From the IMG/VR virus record IMGVR_UViG_3300048857_000052, positions 1 to 38,361 of that record: a stretch of DNA of 38,361 bases. One strand, given 5' to 3'. The notes under the pieces were generated by a model. That model was not told the origin of the DNA and did not search any database. It worked only from the letters and a program-made list of their open reading frames with translations. Numbering within the stretch: position 1 is the stretch's first letter; each line of letters opens with the position of its first letter. The position numbers and the translations under genes were made by a program. Source of the DNA: a virus (lineage: Duplodnaviria; Caudoviricetes). This document shows, piece by piece, positions 17,706 through 27,798 of the stretch.

Positions 17706-18947
17706 ATGAATGCGCGTCTGCGCACACTGCTCGACCAGCGCGCCGCCGCCTGGTCCCAGGTCCAGGACATCCAGGCCCGCCGAGAGCGGGACGGCTACGA
17801 GTCGACGCAGGAGGACGGGGAGACCTACACCCGCTCCCTCGACGACGTCGAGCGGCTCTCCCAGGAGATCGAGGCCGAGGAGCGCGCCGAGCGCCTCCGC
17901 GGCGTGATGGACGCCCCGGCCCCCGGCCAGGGCGACACCAACCCGCGCGGCGACCAGGAGGGCCGCGACGCGGGCGCCGAGTACCAGGCGGCCTTCGCCG
18001 GCTTCCTGCGCCACGGCATGGCCGGGCTCAACCACGACCAGCAGGCGCTCATGCAGCGTGCGCTGGTCAACGACCCGCAGATCCGCGCCGGCGCGACCGC
18101 GCCCGGCTCGGCCGGCGGCTACACCGTCCCGCAGGGCTTCCTCAACCGCATGGTCGAGACGATGAAGGCCTACGGCGGCATCTTCGGCCTGGCCGAGGTG
18201 ATGACCACCGACTCTGGCAACCCGCTGTCCTGGCCGTCCAACGACGACACGGCCAACGAGGCGGTCATCGTCGGGGAGAACACCCAGATCGGCGAGCAGG
18301 ACTTCGAGTTCGGCAACGTCGACCTCGGCGCGCACATGTACACCACGAAGATCGTGCGCCTGTCCTTCCAGCTGCTGCAGGACTCGGCGTTCGACCTCGA
18401 GGCGTTCGTCTCGCGCAAGTTCGGTGAGCGGCTCGGCCGTGGCTCCTCGCGCCACTTCGCCACCGGCACCGGCACCGGCCAGCCGCAGGGCATCACCCAG
18501 GCGACGAACGTGCACACGCTCGCCGCGGCTCTCGGCTACGACGACTTCGTCGACCTCGAGCACTCGATCGACCCGGCGTACCGCCCGCGGGCGCAGTACG
18601 TCGTGAACGACGACGTCGTGCGCGCCGCGCGCAAGCTCAAGGACGCCAACCGCAACCCGCTGTGGGCGCCCGCGATGGCCGGCGGCATCCCGTCGACCAT
18701 CAACGGCCGGCCCTACACCGTCGACAACTCGCTCCCCCCGCTCGCGGCCGGGTCGCGCTCGGTGGTCTACGGCGACATCCGCGCCGGCTACATCATCCGC
18801 GTCGTCAACGGCGCCCAGACGCTGCGCCTGACCGAGCGCTACGCCGACTTCCTGCAGGTCGGCTTCCTCGGCTTCCAGCGCCTGGACGGCAAGGTCCAGG
18901 ACAACAGCGCGCTCGCGGTCCTCGAGTCCGCCCCGGCCGCCGGCTGA
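17706..18947 (+). CDS. Major capsid protein (HK97 fold, N-terminal delta domain)
   Basis: GGYTVP, S.QLLQDS, GTGTGQPQGI, LKDAN..PLW, R.DGKV motifs; AAGGAGG RBS. Confidence 0.97.
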   Translation: MNARLRTLLDQRAAAWSQVQDIQARRERDGYESTQEDGETYTRSLDDVERLSQEIEAEERAERLRGVMDAPAPGQGDTNPRGDQEGRDAGAEYQAAFAGFLRHGMAGLNHDQQALMQRALVNDPQIRAGATAPGSAGGYTVPQGFLNRMVETMKAYGGIFGLAEVMTTDSGNPLSWPSNDDTANEAVIVGENTQIGEQDFEFGNVDLGAHMYTTKIVRLSFQLLQDSAFDLEAFVSRKFGERLGRGSSRHFATGTGTGQPQGITQATNVHTLAAALGYDDFVDLEHSIDPAYRPRAQYVVNDDVVRAARKLKDANRNPLWAPAMAGGIPSTINGRPYTVDNSLPPLAAGSRSVVYGDIRAGYIIRVVNGAQTLRLTERYADFLQVGFLGFQRLDGKVQDNSALAVLESAPAAG

Positions 18948-18964
18948 CCGGTCGCCTGATCCGC

Positions 18965-18999
18965 CCCGGGGCGGCGTGCCGCACGGCCGCCGCCCCGGG
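18965..18999 (+). terminator. GC-rich hairpin after the capsid gene
   Basis: CCCGGGGCGGCG / CGCCGCCCCGGG 12-bp stem; no U-tract. Confidence 0.5.
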
Positions 19000-19043
19000 T
19001 GCACCACCCCACCCGCACGCACCAGCACGGAAGGGAACCCGTC

Positions 19044-19256
19044 ATGGCCACCACCACGGGCAAGACCAGCAAGGCCACCAGCACCACGCCGGCCAAGGCG
19101 ATCGAGACGCCGGAGGCGCAGCGCGACGTCGTCGCCGCGATCTCCGTGCGCGCCGACGGCAAGCCGGACCAGACCCCGGGCTACGTCGTGATCGGCGACG
19201 AGGCCGCGGCCAAGGCCGACGCCGAGGCCCGCGCCGAGGGCAAGGCGCAGGACTGA
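19044..19256 (+). CDS. Small capsid-adjacent protein
   Basis: AAGGGA RBS; S.RADG.PDQTPG motif. Confidence 0.65.
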   Translation: MATTTGKTSKATSTTPAKAIETPEAQRDVVAAISVRADGKPDQTPGYVVIGDEAAAKADAEARAEGKAQD

Positions 19257-19260
19257 CGCC

Positions 19261-19827
19261 ATGACCGAGCCCACCCCGCCCACCGAGGGCGACGACTGGT
19301 TCGTCACGCCGTCCGACCTCGGCAGGTGGATGGGCGGCGTCCCCGTCGACGACAAGCTGCGCGAGGCGCTCGGCGCCGCGCTCGAGTGGACCGCCGAGCA
19401 GATCGGCCCCCTCGACAACGTCGCGCGGCCCTACTCGGTGTGGCCGTCTGGCAGGCATCTCGTCCTGCCGGACGACCACATCGAGGAGGTCGTCTCGATC
19501 ACCGACCCCTGCGGCACCGTCACCGACGTCCCGCCGCAGCGGGTCAACCTCCTGGCCGGCGTCATCGAGGTCAACACCGCCGGCGCGCTGCGCTCCGGCC
19601 CTTGGACCGTCGTCGCCAAGACCCGCAAGCACCACCACTCCGTGGCGCTCGCGGTCAAGATCATCGCCTCGCACCTGTACGAGGTGCACCGCGGCCGCGC
19701 AGTCAACTCCGCGACGCAGGCCGTCATGGGCGGCGTGACCCCCGTGGGCGACCCCGACGGGGCCCCGAAGGGCTTCGCGATCCCGCGGCGGGCCGCCGAG
19801 CTGCTCGCCCCGTTCCTGCGCGTGTAG
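19261..19827 (+). CDS. Head-to-tail adaptor
   Basis: Position; LAVKIIASHLYE and IPRRAAELLAP motifs. Confidence 0.75.
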   Translation: MTEPTPPTEGDDWFVTPSDLGRWMGGVPVDDKLREALGAALEWTAEQIGPLDNVARPYSVWPSGRHLVLPDDHIEEVVSITDPCGTVTDVPPQRVNLLAGVIEVNTAGALRSGPWTVVAKTRKHHHSVALAVKIIASHLYEVHRGRAVNSATQAVMGGVTPVGDPDGAPKGFAIPRRAAELLAPFLRV

Positions 19828-19830
19828 GAG

Positions 19831-20286
19831 GTGCCGATGCCCAGGCTCACCCGCATCTCGGCCGTAGTCGACGCCCTGGTGGCGCTGTGCACGGGGGCCA
19901 CCAGCCTGCAGGTCATCGACGGGCCGTTCGTCGGCGAGCTCGCGGACGACACGCTGCTGCTGGGCATCCCGGACGGCAACACCCCGGGCTACCGCACCAC
20001 CGTCACCCGGCAGGAGGGCATGGGCCGCCCCCGCCTGGTCGAGGCGTGGGAGGTGCACTGCCTGCTCTCGTTGGCCTCGGCCGCCGAGACGATCCCCCAG
20101 CTACGCGCCCGGGCGTCGAGCCTCCTTGGCTCGCTCGACGACGCGCTGCGCGCCGACGTCCGCTCTGACGGCGTGTGGGACCGCGCCGGCTTCGGCAACA
20201 GCGACATGTCGTGGATCCCGCTGCAGGGCCCCACGGGCGCCACGCTCGCGGTGCTCTTCTCCCTCGAGGGCGAGTCGCTGCTGTGA
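19831..20286 (+). CDS. Neck / tail-terminator-like protein
   Basis: Position; LQVIDGP and LDDALRAD motifs; AGGAGG RBS favours ATG at 19837. Confidence 0.6.
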   Translation: MPMPRLTRISAVVDALVALCTGATSLQVIDGPFVGELADDTLLLGIPDGNTPGYRTTVTRQEGMGRPRLVEAWEVHCLLSLASAAETIPQLRARASSLLGSLDDALRADVRSDGVWDRAGFGNSDMSWIPLQGPTGATLAVLFSLEGESLL

Positions 20287-20711
20287 GCGACGAGGTGCTC
20301 GACCTCTCGGAGGTCCGCAGCCTTGCCCGGCGGTTGGCGACGATCCCGAAGGAGTTCCGCGGCGAGACCCGCAAGGCGATCCGGAGCGTCGGCCAGGAGA
20401 TGCTGCGCGACGGCCAGCGCAACGCCGCGTGGTCCTCGCGGATCCCCGGCTCGATGACCATGCGCGTCAGCTTCGCCGGCCGTCGCCCGGGCGTCTCAGT
20501 GCGCGCCTCGCTCGAGAGCGCCCCGCATGCACGCGTCTACGAGGGAATCCTCGGCGACACCTTTCGCCACCCCCTCTACGGCCGGGACGTCTGGTTCTCC
20601 CAGCAGGCCCGCCCGTACCTGCTGCCCGCCGTTCAGGCGGCCAACGAAGCCCTCGTCGAGGACATCACCCGCATCGTCGACGAGATCCACCGCAAGGCGG
20701 GACTGCTCTGA
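20283..20711 (+). CDS. HK97 gp10-like tail completion protein
   Basis: APHARVYE and QARPYLLPAV motifs; GTGA overlap. Confidence 0.75.
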   Translation: MSDEVLDLSEVRSLARRLATIPKEFRGETRKAIRSVGQEMLRDGQRNAAWSSRIPGSMTMRVSFAGRRPGVSVRASLESAPHARVYEGILGDTFRHPLYGRDVWFSQQARPYLLPAVQAANEALVEDITRIVDEIHRKAGLL

Positions 20712-20727
20712 CCGAAAGGAGACGGCC

Positions 20728-21096
20728 ATGAGCCGCCAGCTCGTCGAGATCTACCACCCCAAGACCAAGGCCACGTCCACCGTCGACGCCCGCAGCGTCG
20801 ACATCTGGAAGCGGTCCGGCTGGACCACCGACGTCCCGAAGGACGCGGGTGACGGTACGACCCTCGCCGGCGCCGACCTGCCGGGCGAGGACGCCACCAT
20901 CAGCGACCTGCGCGCGTTCGCCCAGGAGCACGACGTGGACCTCAGCGGCGCCCGCGACAAGGCCAGCATCCGTGCCGCGATCGACACGTGGGCGGCTGAG
21001 CTGCCCACCGCCAAGGTCGAGCCCGTCGACGGCGACGACACGTTCGTCCCCCCGAGCGAGACCGAGCCGCCGGCGTCCGCCGCGGCCGCCTCCTGA
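20728..21096 (+). CDS. Hypothetical virion-module protein with a small helical (HeH/Rho-N-like) domain
   Basis: AAAGGAG RBS; TISDLRAFAQEHDVDLSGARDKASIRAAI. Confidence 0.65.
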   Translation: MSRQLVEIYHPKTKATSTVDARSVDIWKRSGWTTDVPKDAGDGTTLAGADLPGEDATISDLRAFAQEHDVDLSGARDKASIRAAIDTWAAELPTAKVEPVDGDDTFVPPSETEPPASAAAAS

Positions 21097-21152
21097 CCCC
21101 GGCTGAGCCGGACCCCCCACCCGCCGTCCAGCCCCAGCGAGAGGACACCACC

Positions 21153-21647
21153 ATGACGGCTCTGCCCACGACCGAGCGGTTCTTCGCACCGGAGATCAGC
21201 AAGGCCTTCTTCGCCACCGCGCTCGCCGACCCCGAGGCGTACACCCGCGCCGAGGTCGACGCCTCGACCGACCTGACGGACGAGATCGCCGACCTCGCCG
21301 GGTGGAACGTCACCTCCGCCATGATCGCGACGCCCGACCTCGGCTCGCGGTTCAACAAGCAGATCGGCGGCCGCACCTCGGCCGACGCCTCCACGATCAC
21401 GTTCTATGCCTCGCGCAACGGCGACGACGTCCGCAAGGTGCTCCCCCGCGGCACCCGCGGCTACGTGATCTTCATGGACGGCGGCGACGTGCCCGCCCAG
21501 CCCTCCGACGTCTTCCACGTCGAGGTCACCTCGGTCGGCAAGGTGCGCACCGTCGGCGACTCGGCGTTCCAGATCACGATCAGCTTCGCGATCCTCGACG
21601 CTCCCGCCGAGGACGTCGCGATCCCCGCCGCCGCGGCTGGTGCCTGA
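21153..21647 (+). CDS. Major tail (tube) protein
   Basis: Position before the chaperones; TPDLGSRF..QIGGR and GYVIFMDGGD motifs. Confidence 0.8.
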   Translation: MTALPTTERFFAPEISKAFFATALADPEAYTRAEVDASTDLTDEIADLAGWNVTSAMIATPDLGSRFNKQIGGRTSADASTITFYASRNGDDVRKVLPRGTRGYVIFMDGGDVPAQPSDVFHVEVTSVGKVRTVGDSAFQITISFAILDAPAEDVAIPAAAAGA

Positions 21648-22146
21648 CGTGGGGCTCAAGGACCGCCTCGCGGCGAAGAAGCGCCGCACCCTCACCGTGC
21701 CGGTCCAGGTCTCCTCGGAGGACCCTGGGCCGGCACGGGAGGACTACCAGCGCGCACAGCGGATGCTCGACATCACGCAGACGTTCAAGCCCTCCGTCGA
21801 GGAGCAGGAGGCGCACGACCGGCGCCTCGCCGCCGCCCAGCAGAAGCGCGACGAGGCGCTCGCGGTGTTCCGCGAGCACTACGTCGAGGTCGAGTTCGTC
21901 GCCGGCCCGCCCGAGGACGTCGAGCGGATCCTCGAGACGCATGCGACGAAGGACGGCGCCTACGCCATCGAGTCGCTGCCCGAGCTTGCGGCGCTGTGCG
22001 TCGTCGAGGAGGACCTGCGCGACCCGCAGTGGTGGGCCGCGCAGTTCACCAGCGGCGCGTGGGCCAAGGGCGAGCGCGACGGGCTGTGGCTCGACCTGCT
22101 CAAGCTCAACACCAATGCCCCGCCGGAGCACCTCCCAAAAGGCTGA
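21640..22146 (+). CDS. Tail assembly chaperone (gpG-like)
   Basis: Between tail tube and tape measure; ends in slippery C CCA AAA. Confidence 0.8.
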   Translation: MPDVGLKDRLAAKKRRTLTVPVQVSSEDPGPAREDYQRAQRMLDITQTFKPSVEEQEAHDRRLAAAQQKRDEALAVFREHYVEVEFVAGPPEDVERILETHATKDGAYAIESLPELAALCVVEEDLRDPQWWAAQFTSGAWAKGERDGLWLDLLKLNTNAPPEHLPKG

Positions 22147-22472
22147 GCCGTGACGGGCTCTACGCGGCCCGCATGGCCTACTGCGGGCCGCGCGGGATCC
22201 CGCTGAGCCGCTTCCTCGGCTGGGACCAAGCCGACCAGGACGCCGCCCTCGCCTGGCAGCAGTACGAGGCGTCGCGGTGCCCGAAGTGCGGCACCCACCC
22301 CGAGGAGGGACGCCGGCACTTCCACGTCGACGTCTGCCCAACCTGCGTCGACCTGGAGAAGGTCAGCGCCTCCGAGGACGCCAAGGTCCGCGGCGCCCAC
22401 GTCTCCCCCGCGCACGGCTCGCGCGGGGAGTGCCCGCGCTGCCTCGCCGAGGTGCAAGCCAACGCCGTCTGA
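22134..22472 (+). CDS. Tail assembly chaperone -1 frameshift extension (gpGT-like)
   Basis: Heptamer CCCAAAA at 22134-22140; the -1 frame stays open to 22472 (RLSRDGLYAARMAYC...CPKCG). Confidence 0.8.
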   Translation, partial: PKRLSRDGLYAARMAYCGPRGIPLSRFLGWDQADQDAALAWQQYEASRCPKCGTHPEEGRRHFHVDVCPTCVDLEKVSASEDAKVRGAHVSPAHGSRGECPRCLAEVQANAV

Positions 22473-22491
22473 CGACCCGAGGGGGTGACCC

Positions 22492-25400
22492 GTGGCCAAC
22501 CCCCGTGACGTCAACGTGCGGGCGTCGCTCGACCCGTCGAAGTACGAGGCGGGCGCCGAGCGCGTCACGTTCCAGACCAAGCAGATGCTGCGCGAGCAGG
22601 AGGCTGCAGACCGCAAGTGGCGGTCGATGCAGGCCGCGCACCAGGCTGCACTGGACGAGGAGGGCCGCCGGCAGGCCAAGGCCGCCCAGGCCGTGCAGGA
22701 GGCCGAGGAGAAGCGCGCCCAGGCCATGGAGCGCACCGGCCAGGCGGCCGCCGTCATGGGCGGCGCGATCCTGGCCGGCCTCGGCATGTCGGCCCGCGCG
22801 GCGATCTCCTGGGAGTCAGCGTGGGCGGGCGTCACCAAGACCGTCGACGCCACGCCCGAGGAGCTCGCGGCCGTCGAGGAGGGGCTGCGCAGCCTCGCCA
22901 AGACGCTGCCGGCCTCGCACGAGGAGATCGCGGCCGTCGCCGAGGCCGCCGGCCAGCTGGGCGTGCAGTCTGGCGCGATCGTCGGCTTCACCAAGACGAT
23001 GATCGACCTCGGCGAGACGACGAACCTGTCGGCCGACGAGGCGGCCACGTCGATCGCGCAGATGGCCAACGTGATGGACGCCAGCCTGCTCCAGTCCGGC
23101 GACGGCGTGCAGCGGCTCGGGGCCACCCTGGTCGCGCTCGGCAACGCCGGCGCGTCCACCGAGGCCGACATCATGGCCACCGCCCAGCGGATCTCCGGTG
23201 CTGGCAAGCTCGTCGGCGCCACGTCCGCCGAGGTCATGGCGCTCGCCTCCGCCCTGACGAGCATGGGCATCACCGCCGAGCTCGGTGGCGGCGTGGCGTC
23301 CCGCGTGCTGCAGGACATCTACACCGCCGTGCAGGACGGCGGCGATGCGCTCTACGGCTTCGCCGAGGTGGCCGGCGTCAGCGCCGACCAGTTCGCCCAG
23401 GCCTTCCGCGAGGACCCGGTCCGGGCCCTCGGCCTGTTCACCGCCGGGCTCAACAACGTCGAGGCCTCCGGCGGCAACGTCGTCTCGACGCTGACCGACC
23501 TGGGCTTCAAGTCGTCCGAGGAGCAGCGCGTCCTGCTCCAGCTCAAGGGCGCCAACGACCTGCTGGTCGACTCCCTCGACCTGGCCAACCAGGCTTGGGG
23601 CGACAACACCGCGCTGATCGACGAGGCCAACAAGCGCTACGCCTCGACCGAGGCGCAGGTCGAGATCGCCCGCAACGCGCTCAACGACGCGGCGATCGAC
23701 ATCGGCGCCTCGTTCCTGCCGGTGATCGCCGGTGCGGCCGAGAACGTCGCCGACCTCGCGCAGTGGTTCGCCGACCTGCCCGCCTGGGCTCAGGGCACCA
23801 TCACCGCCCTGGGCACCATCGCTGGCGTGTCGGCGGCAGCCGGCGGCGCGCTGCTGCTCCTGGCGCCGCGCGCGAAGGAGACCTGGACCGTCCTGCGCGA
23901 GGGCGGGCTCATCAGCGACGGGCTCGCCACCAAGCTGCAGCGCGTGGCCAGGACCGCCGCCCGCGTCGGGATCGCCGCCGGCGGGATCCTCACCCTCGGC
24001 ACCGCGCTGGCCCAACTCGCCGAGGCCTCCTACATGGAGCGGATCGACACCGGCATGGGCCGGGTGGCCAAGGCCGTCGCAGACGCGGACTCGGCCGCAA
24101 ACGCCGCCTCGCTCGACGAACTGTTCCGCGACCGCAACGGCGACCCGCTCATCAACAACGTCGACGACCTCGACTCGGCCCTGCGGCGCACCTTCGACCG
24201 GACCTGGGACGAGTCGTTCAACGACTGGGGCTCGGGGCTCATCAACACGATCACCGGCATCGAGGGCTCGACCCAGATCCTCGAGGGCGCATGGGACCGC
24301 TGGGACCAGCAGCTGTCCGACCTCGTCAACGGCGGCAACGCCGACATGGCCGCCGAGAGCTTCGACCTCCTCGCCGCCCGCGCCGAGGCCCTGGGCATCG
24401 GCACCAACGAGCTCAACGACCTCTTCCCGCTGTACGAGGACGCTCTCGCCGACGCCGACGCCCAGCAGGTGACGACCGCGACGTCAGCCGAGGCGCTCGC
24501 GGCCGGGGTCGGCGAGGTGGCGCCGGCGACCGAAGAGGCCTCCGAGGCGCTCGAGGACTGGCGAGACATGGTCTCGGACGCCTACCAGTCGTTCATCGAC
24601 CTCGGCGGCGCCTACCAGGGCGTCATCGACAAGAACCGCGAGCTGGCTGAGCGCACCGCGGAGGACACGAAGTCGGCGGAGGACTCGTGGACGGACTACT
24701 ACGACGGCGTGTCGGTGAGCGCGGCCGACTACATCGGACAGCTCGAGGCACAGGTCGAGGCGCAGGAAGCCTGGGCCACCAACATGTCGGAGATCTCCGG
24801 GCGGCTCGCGGAGAAGATGCCTGCGGACATGCAGGGCGCCGCGCAGGCGATGATCGACGAGCTGGTGGAGCTCGGCCCTGAGGGCGCCGCGCAGGTCCAG
24901 CTGCTGCACGACATGTCGGACGAGGAGCTGGCGAAGGTCGTCGAGCTGTACGACCGCAAGGGTGCAGCCTCCGCGGGGGCGTTCGTGTCCGAGGTGGAGT
25001 CGCACCGCGACCCGATCATCAACGTGCAGGACGACGCCTCGGAGAAGATCGCCGCCGTCCGCGAGCAGCTGCTGAAGCTGCCAGACGAGACGACGATCAA
25101 GGTCACCACCGACACGCGGGTGACAGGCCCCGGCATGACGACCGGTGGCCTGCCGTGGGGTGACGGCGAGGGCGCGGGCTGGACCGGCAAGCTGCCGCGC
25201 GGCGTGGCTCAGATGTCGCAGGCCGTGAAGTCGATGGACCCGCTCGCACGGATCACGTCGGGGTACCGGCCGGGCGCGATTACGGCCACCGGCTACCCCT
25301 CCTACCACGGCATGGGGCGGGCGATCGACATCGTCTCGCCGAACATGGGCCGCACCTGGGACATCTTGCGGCGTGCGTTCGGTACCCAGGCCAAGGAGCT

Positions 25401-26001
25401 GTACTACACGCCGCGTGGGTTCATCCGCAACGGCCGGCTCACTACCGACGTTGCACCGGTCACCCGCCAGACGCACTACTCGCACGTGCACCTGGCGCTG
25501 GCCTCCGGCGGCCGCCTGCCGGGTCACCCCCCGGCGAACCCTCGCGAGGACAACCTCCTCGGTGTGGACGAGCACGGGATCCCGTTGGCGCGGGTGCGAT
25601 CGCGCGAGTGGGTCATCAGCCAGCCCGCCTCGGACTACTACGGCGACCGGCTCATGTCCGCCATCAACGAGCGGCGAATCCCCAAGCAGCTGCTACAGCA
25701 GCAGCTGCCACGGCTCGCCGGCGGCGGCGTGACCGCACCAGAACGGCTCGCACCCCTGCCCGCCCCGTCCCTGGACCCCAGCGTCTCCCGCGCCCTCGCG
25801 GCCTCGGCGACACCCGTCCAGGTGCAGGCGAACGTCACGGACGTAGTGGCCCGAATGGACCCGAGCGACTTCCGGGCGCTCGCGGCCGACCTCGTGCGAG
25901 TCGCGGACGCGATCGCGTCGGGCGCCTCGTCGCGCTCCATCAATCAGGTGCTGCAAGCCAAGCGTGGAGCCGATCGCGGAGGGAAGTATGGCAACGGATG
26001 A
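22492..26001 (+). CDS. Tape measure protein (TP901-like core) with a C-terminal peptidase-like domain
   Basis: 1169 aa, Ala-rich; WESAWAGVTKT...EIAAVAEAAGQLG core; ITSGYR...SYHG.GRAID...HVH. Confidence 0.95.
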   Translation: MANPRDVNVRASLDPSKYEAGAERVTFQTKQMLREQEAADRKWRSMQAAHQAALDEEGRRQAKAAQAVQEAEEKRAQAMERTGQAAAVMGGAILAGLGMSARAAISWESAWAGVTKTVDATPEELAAVEEGLRSLAKTLPASHEEIAAVAEAAGQLGVQSGAIVGFTKTMIDLGETTNLSADEAATSIAQMANVMDASLLQSGDGVQRLGATLVALGNAGASTEADIMATAQRISGAGKLVGATSAEVMALASALTSMGITAELGGGVASRVLQDIYTAVQDGGDALYGFAEVAGVSADQFAQAFREDPVRALGLFTAGLNNVEASGGNVVSTLTDLGFKSSEEQRVLLQLKGANDLLVDSLDLANQAWGDNTALIDEANKRYASTEAQVEIARNALNDAAIDIGASFLPVIAGAAENVADLAQWFADLPAWAQGTITALGTIAGVSAAAGGALLLLAPRAKETWTVLREGGLISDGLATKLQRVARTAARVGIAAGGILTLGTALAQLAEASYMERIDTGMGRVAKAVADADSAANAASLDELFRDRNGDPLINNVDDLDSALRRTFDRTWDESFNDWGSGLINTITGIEGSTQILEGAWDRWDQQLSDLVNGGNADMAAESFDLLAARAEALGIGTNELNDLFPLYEDALADADAQQVTTATSAEALAAGVGEVAPATEEASEALEDWRDMVSDAYQSFIDLGGAYQGVIDKNRELAERTAEDTKSAEDSWTDYYDGVSVSAADYIGQLEAQVEAQEAWATNMSEISGRLAEKMPADMQGAAQAMIDELVELGPEGAAQVQLLHDMSDEELAKVVELYDRKGAASAGAFVSEVESHRDPIINVQDDASEKIAAVREQLLKLPDETTIKVTTDTRVTGPGMTTGGLPWGDGEGAGWTGKLPRGVAQMSQAVKSMDPLARITSGYRPGAITATGYPSYHGMGRAIDIVSPNMGRTWDILRRAFGTQAKELYYTPRGFIRNGRLTTDVAPVTRQTHYSHVHLALASGGRLPGHPPANPREDNLLGVDEHGIPLARVRSREWVISQPASDYYGDRLMSAINERRIPKQLLQQQLPRLAGGGVTAPERLAPLPAPSLDPSVSRALAASATPVQVQANVTDVVARMDPSDFRALAADLVRVADAIASGASSRSINQVLQAKRGADRGGKYGNG

Positions 26002-26851
26002 CGTCGTCTCCCCCGAGTTCGAGCTCGGGGGATACCGGATCGGTGGGCCCTCTGGCGAGTGGGACGTCGTCGAGTGGGACGCCGGCGAGCTACAGCAGCA
26101 AGCGCAGGACGACGTCATTGACGGGCTCACCCTGTTCGGTCGAGACACCGAGATCCCGCCGACCTGGGTAGTGCAGCTGCGTGCCAACGGCTCCAACGAG
26201 CAGGGCGCCCAGGCGCAGGTGGCCAACCTCGCCTCCGCCTGGCGTCCTGCTCAGCTGGAAACGCCCGGGGCCGACGTTCCCCTGCGCTACCGGTACCTCG
26301 GGCGCTGGCGCCGCGTCTACGGCCGGCCTCGCCAGGTGGTGATCCCGACGACCGGCCCGCTGTCGTGGGCTGGCCGGTCCGAGCTCGAGGCGCAGTTCCG
26401 ACTCTCCTCGGTGCTCCACTACGACGACGCCGAGCAGTCGGTGTCGCTGACGTCGATCCCGCCGACGGTCGGTGGGCTGGTGGCGCCGATCGTCGCGCCG
26501 CTCACGACGGCGAAGAACTCCGAGGTGGCGGCCGACACGGTCACGGTCGGCGGTGACACCGCGACGCCGCTGCGGGTCATCTTCCGCGGTCCGATCACCG
26601 ACCCGTGGATGACGGTCGGCGGCGTCCGAATCGCGCTGACGGGCCGGATCGCCGCCGGCCAGACCGTCACCGTCGACGCCCGTGCCCGCACCGTGCTGCG
26701 GCAGGACGGCGCGTCGGTCGCAGGAATGCTCTCGCGCACGGCCCGCATGGGCCGGCTGCGCCTGCCGCCGGGCACCCACGCGGTGCGCTACGGCGGCACC
26801 GGAACTGCCAGGGCCACCGTGGCCTGGCGCAACGCGTGGAGGACGCTATGA
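25988..26851 (+). CDS. Distal tail (Dit-like) minor tail protein
   Basis: Follows the tape measure; FRGPITDP, VTVDAR, LPPG.H...WRNAW motifs. Confidence 0.8.
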   Translation: MATDDVVSPEFELGGYRIGGPSGEWDVVEWDAGELQQQAQDDVIDGLTLFGRDTEIPPTWVVQLRANGSNEQGAQAQVANLASAWRPAQLETPGADVPLRYRYLGRWRRVYGRPRQVVIPTTGPLSWAGRSELEAQFRLSSVLHYDDAEQSVSLTSIPPTVGGLVAPIVAPLTTAKNSEVAADTVTVGGDTATPLRVIFRGPITDPWMTVGGVRIALTGRIAAGQTVTVDARARTVLRQDGASVAGMLSRTARMGRLRLPPGTHAVRYGGTGTARATVAWRNAWRTL

Positions 26852-27798
26852 CGCTCAACGGCAAGCCCTGGCTCATCGGTGGCGGGGTCGAGCACCCGGT
26901 CGAGGTAGGGCGCGCCCTGGCCTACATGGCCACCATGGGTGCGTCCGGCGTCGGCACCCCGGACTCCTTCAAGGTGCGTGCCACCACCGTGCCGGGGCCT
27001 AGCGTGCTGCTGGGCCCGGGCATCGGCGCGGCCGCGTCGGCCTACGGCGGCGGCCTGCCGGAGTCCTACGTCCTGTGGGGTGACGACGACACCGAGCAGG
27101 CGATCACGCCCACCGGCGCTGGCGGGCGCTCGGACCTCGTGGTCGCGCGCATCCGTGACCCGCAGCACGAGGGCACGTGGCCGGCCGACCCGCAGGCCGG
27201 TGACTACGCGTTCCCTTACGTCGTCCAGGGTGTGCCGGCCGGCCAGAAGGGCACGCGCGGCCTCGGGCTGCAGTTCCCGTGCATCGCCCTGGCGCGGATC
27301 GACATCCCGGCGAACACCGCCACGATCACCGACGGCATGATCAAGGACGTGCGCCGCCTGGCCGCGCCGCGCACGCAGATCGAGAAGGACGCCACGGTCC
27401 CGCCGGGCACGACCGCCGTGACGACCAAGGAAGCGGCGAAGGCGCGGTGGGGCTCCTTCCGCCCGATCTTCAACGTACCCAGCTGGGCGACCCGCGTCCG
27501 GGTCACGGCGTTCATCTCCTCGGCCCTGATCACCGGCGACACCGCCGGTCTGATCGACGTGCGGTTCGGCACGCTCAGGTCGTCCGACCTGGCCTACGAC
27601 TTCGAGTCTGCCTCGGGCTCGGAGACGCAGCGCGATGGGCTGATCGTCACTGGCGCGTGGGACATCCCGGACGGCTGGCAGGAGACCGATCGCGCCGTGG
27701 AGATTTGGGCCAACCGCGCCGACGGCAAGACCGGCACTCTGGCCCTGAAGTCCAGCCAGGTCATGGTGGAGGTCGTCTTCTCCGAGGACGTGCGGTGA
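26848..27798 (+). CDS. Minor tail protein
   Basis: RSDLVVARIRDP and IALARIDIPANTATITDGMIKDVR motifs typical of actinophage minor tail proteins. Confidence 0.8.
   Translation: MTLNGKPWLIGGGVEHPVEVGRALAYMATMGASGVGTPDSFKVRATTVPGPSVLLGPGIGAAASAYGGGLPESYVLWGDDDTEQAITPTGAGGRSDLVVARIRDPQHEGTWPADPQAGDYAFPYVVQGVPAGQKGTRGLGLQFPCIALARIDIPANTATITDGMIKDVRRLAAPRTQIEKDATVPPGTTAVTTKEAAKARWGSFRPIFNVPSWATRVRVTAFISSALITGDTAGLIDVRFGTLRSSDLAYDFESASGSETQRDGLIVTGAWDIPDGWQETDRAVEIWANRADGKTGTLALKSSQVMVEVVFSEDVR

Noticed and set aside
16680-19418. 912-aa minus-strand ORF
   Set aside because: Antisense shadow of the protease and capsid genes, caused by high GC3 codon usage.
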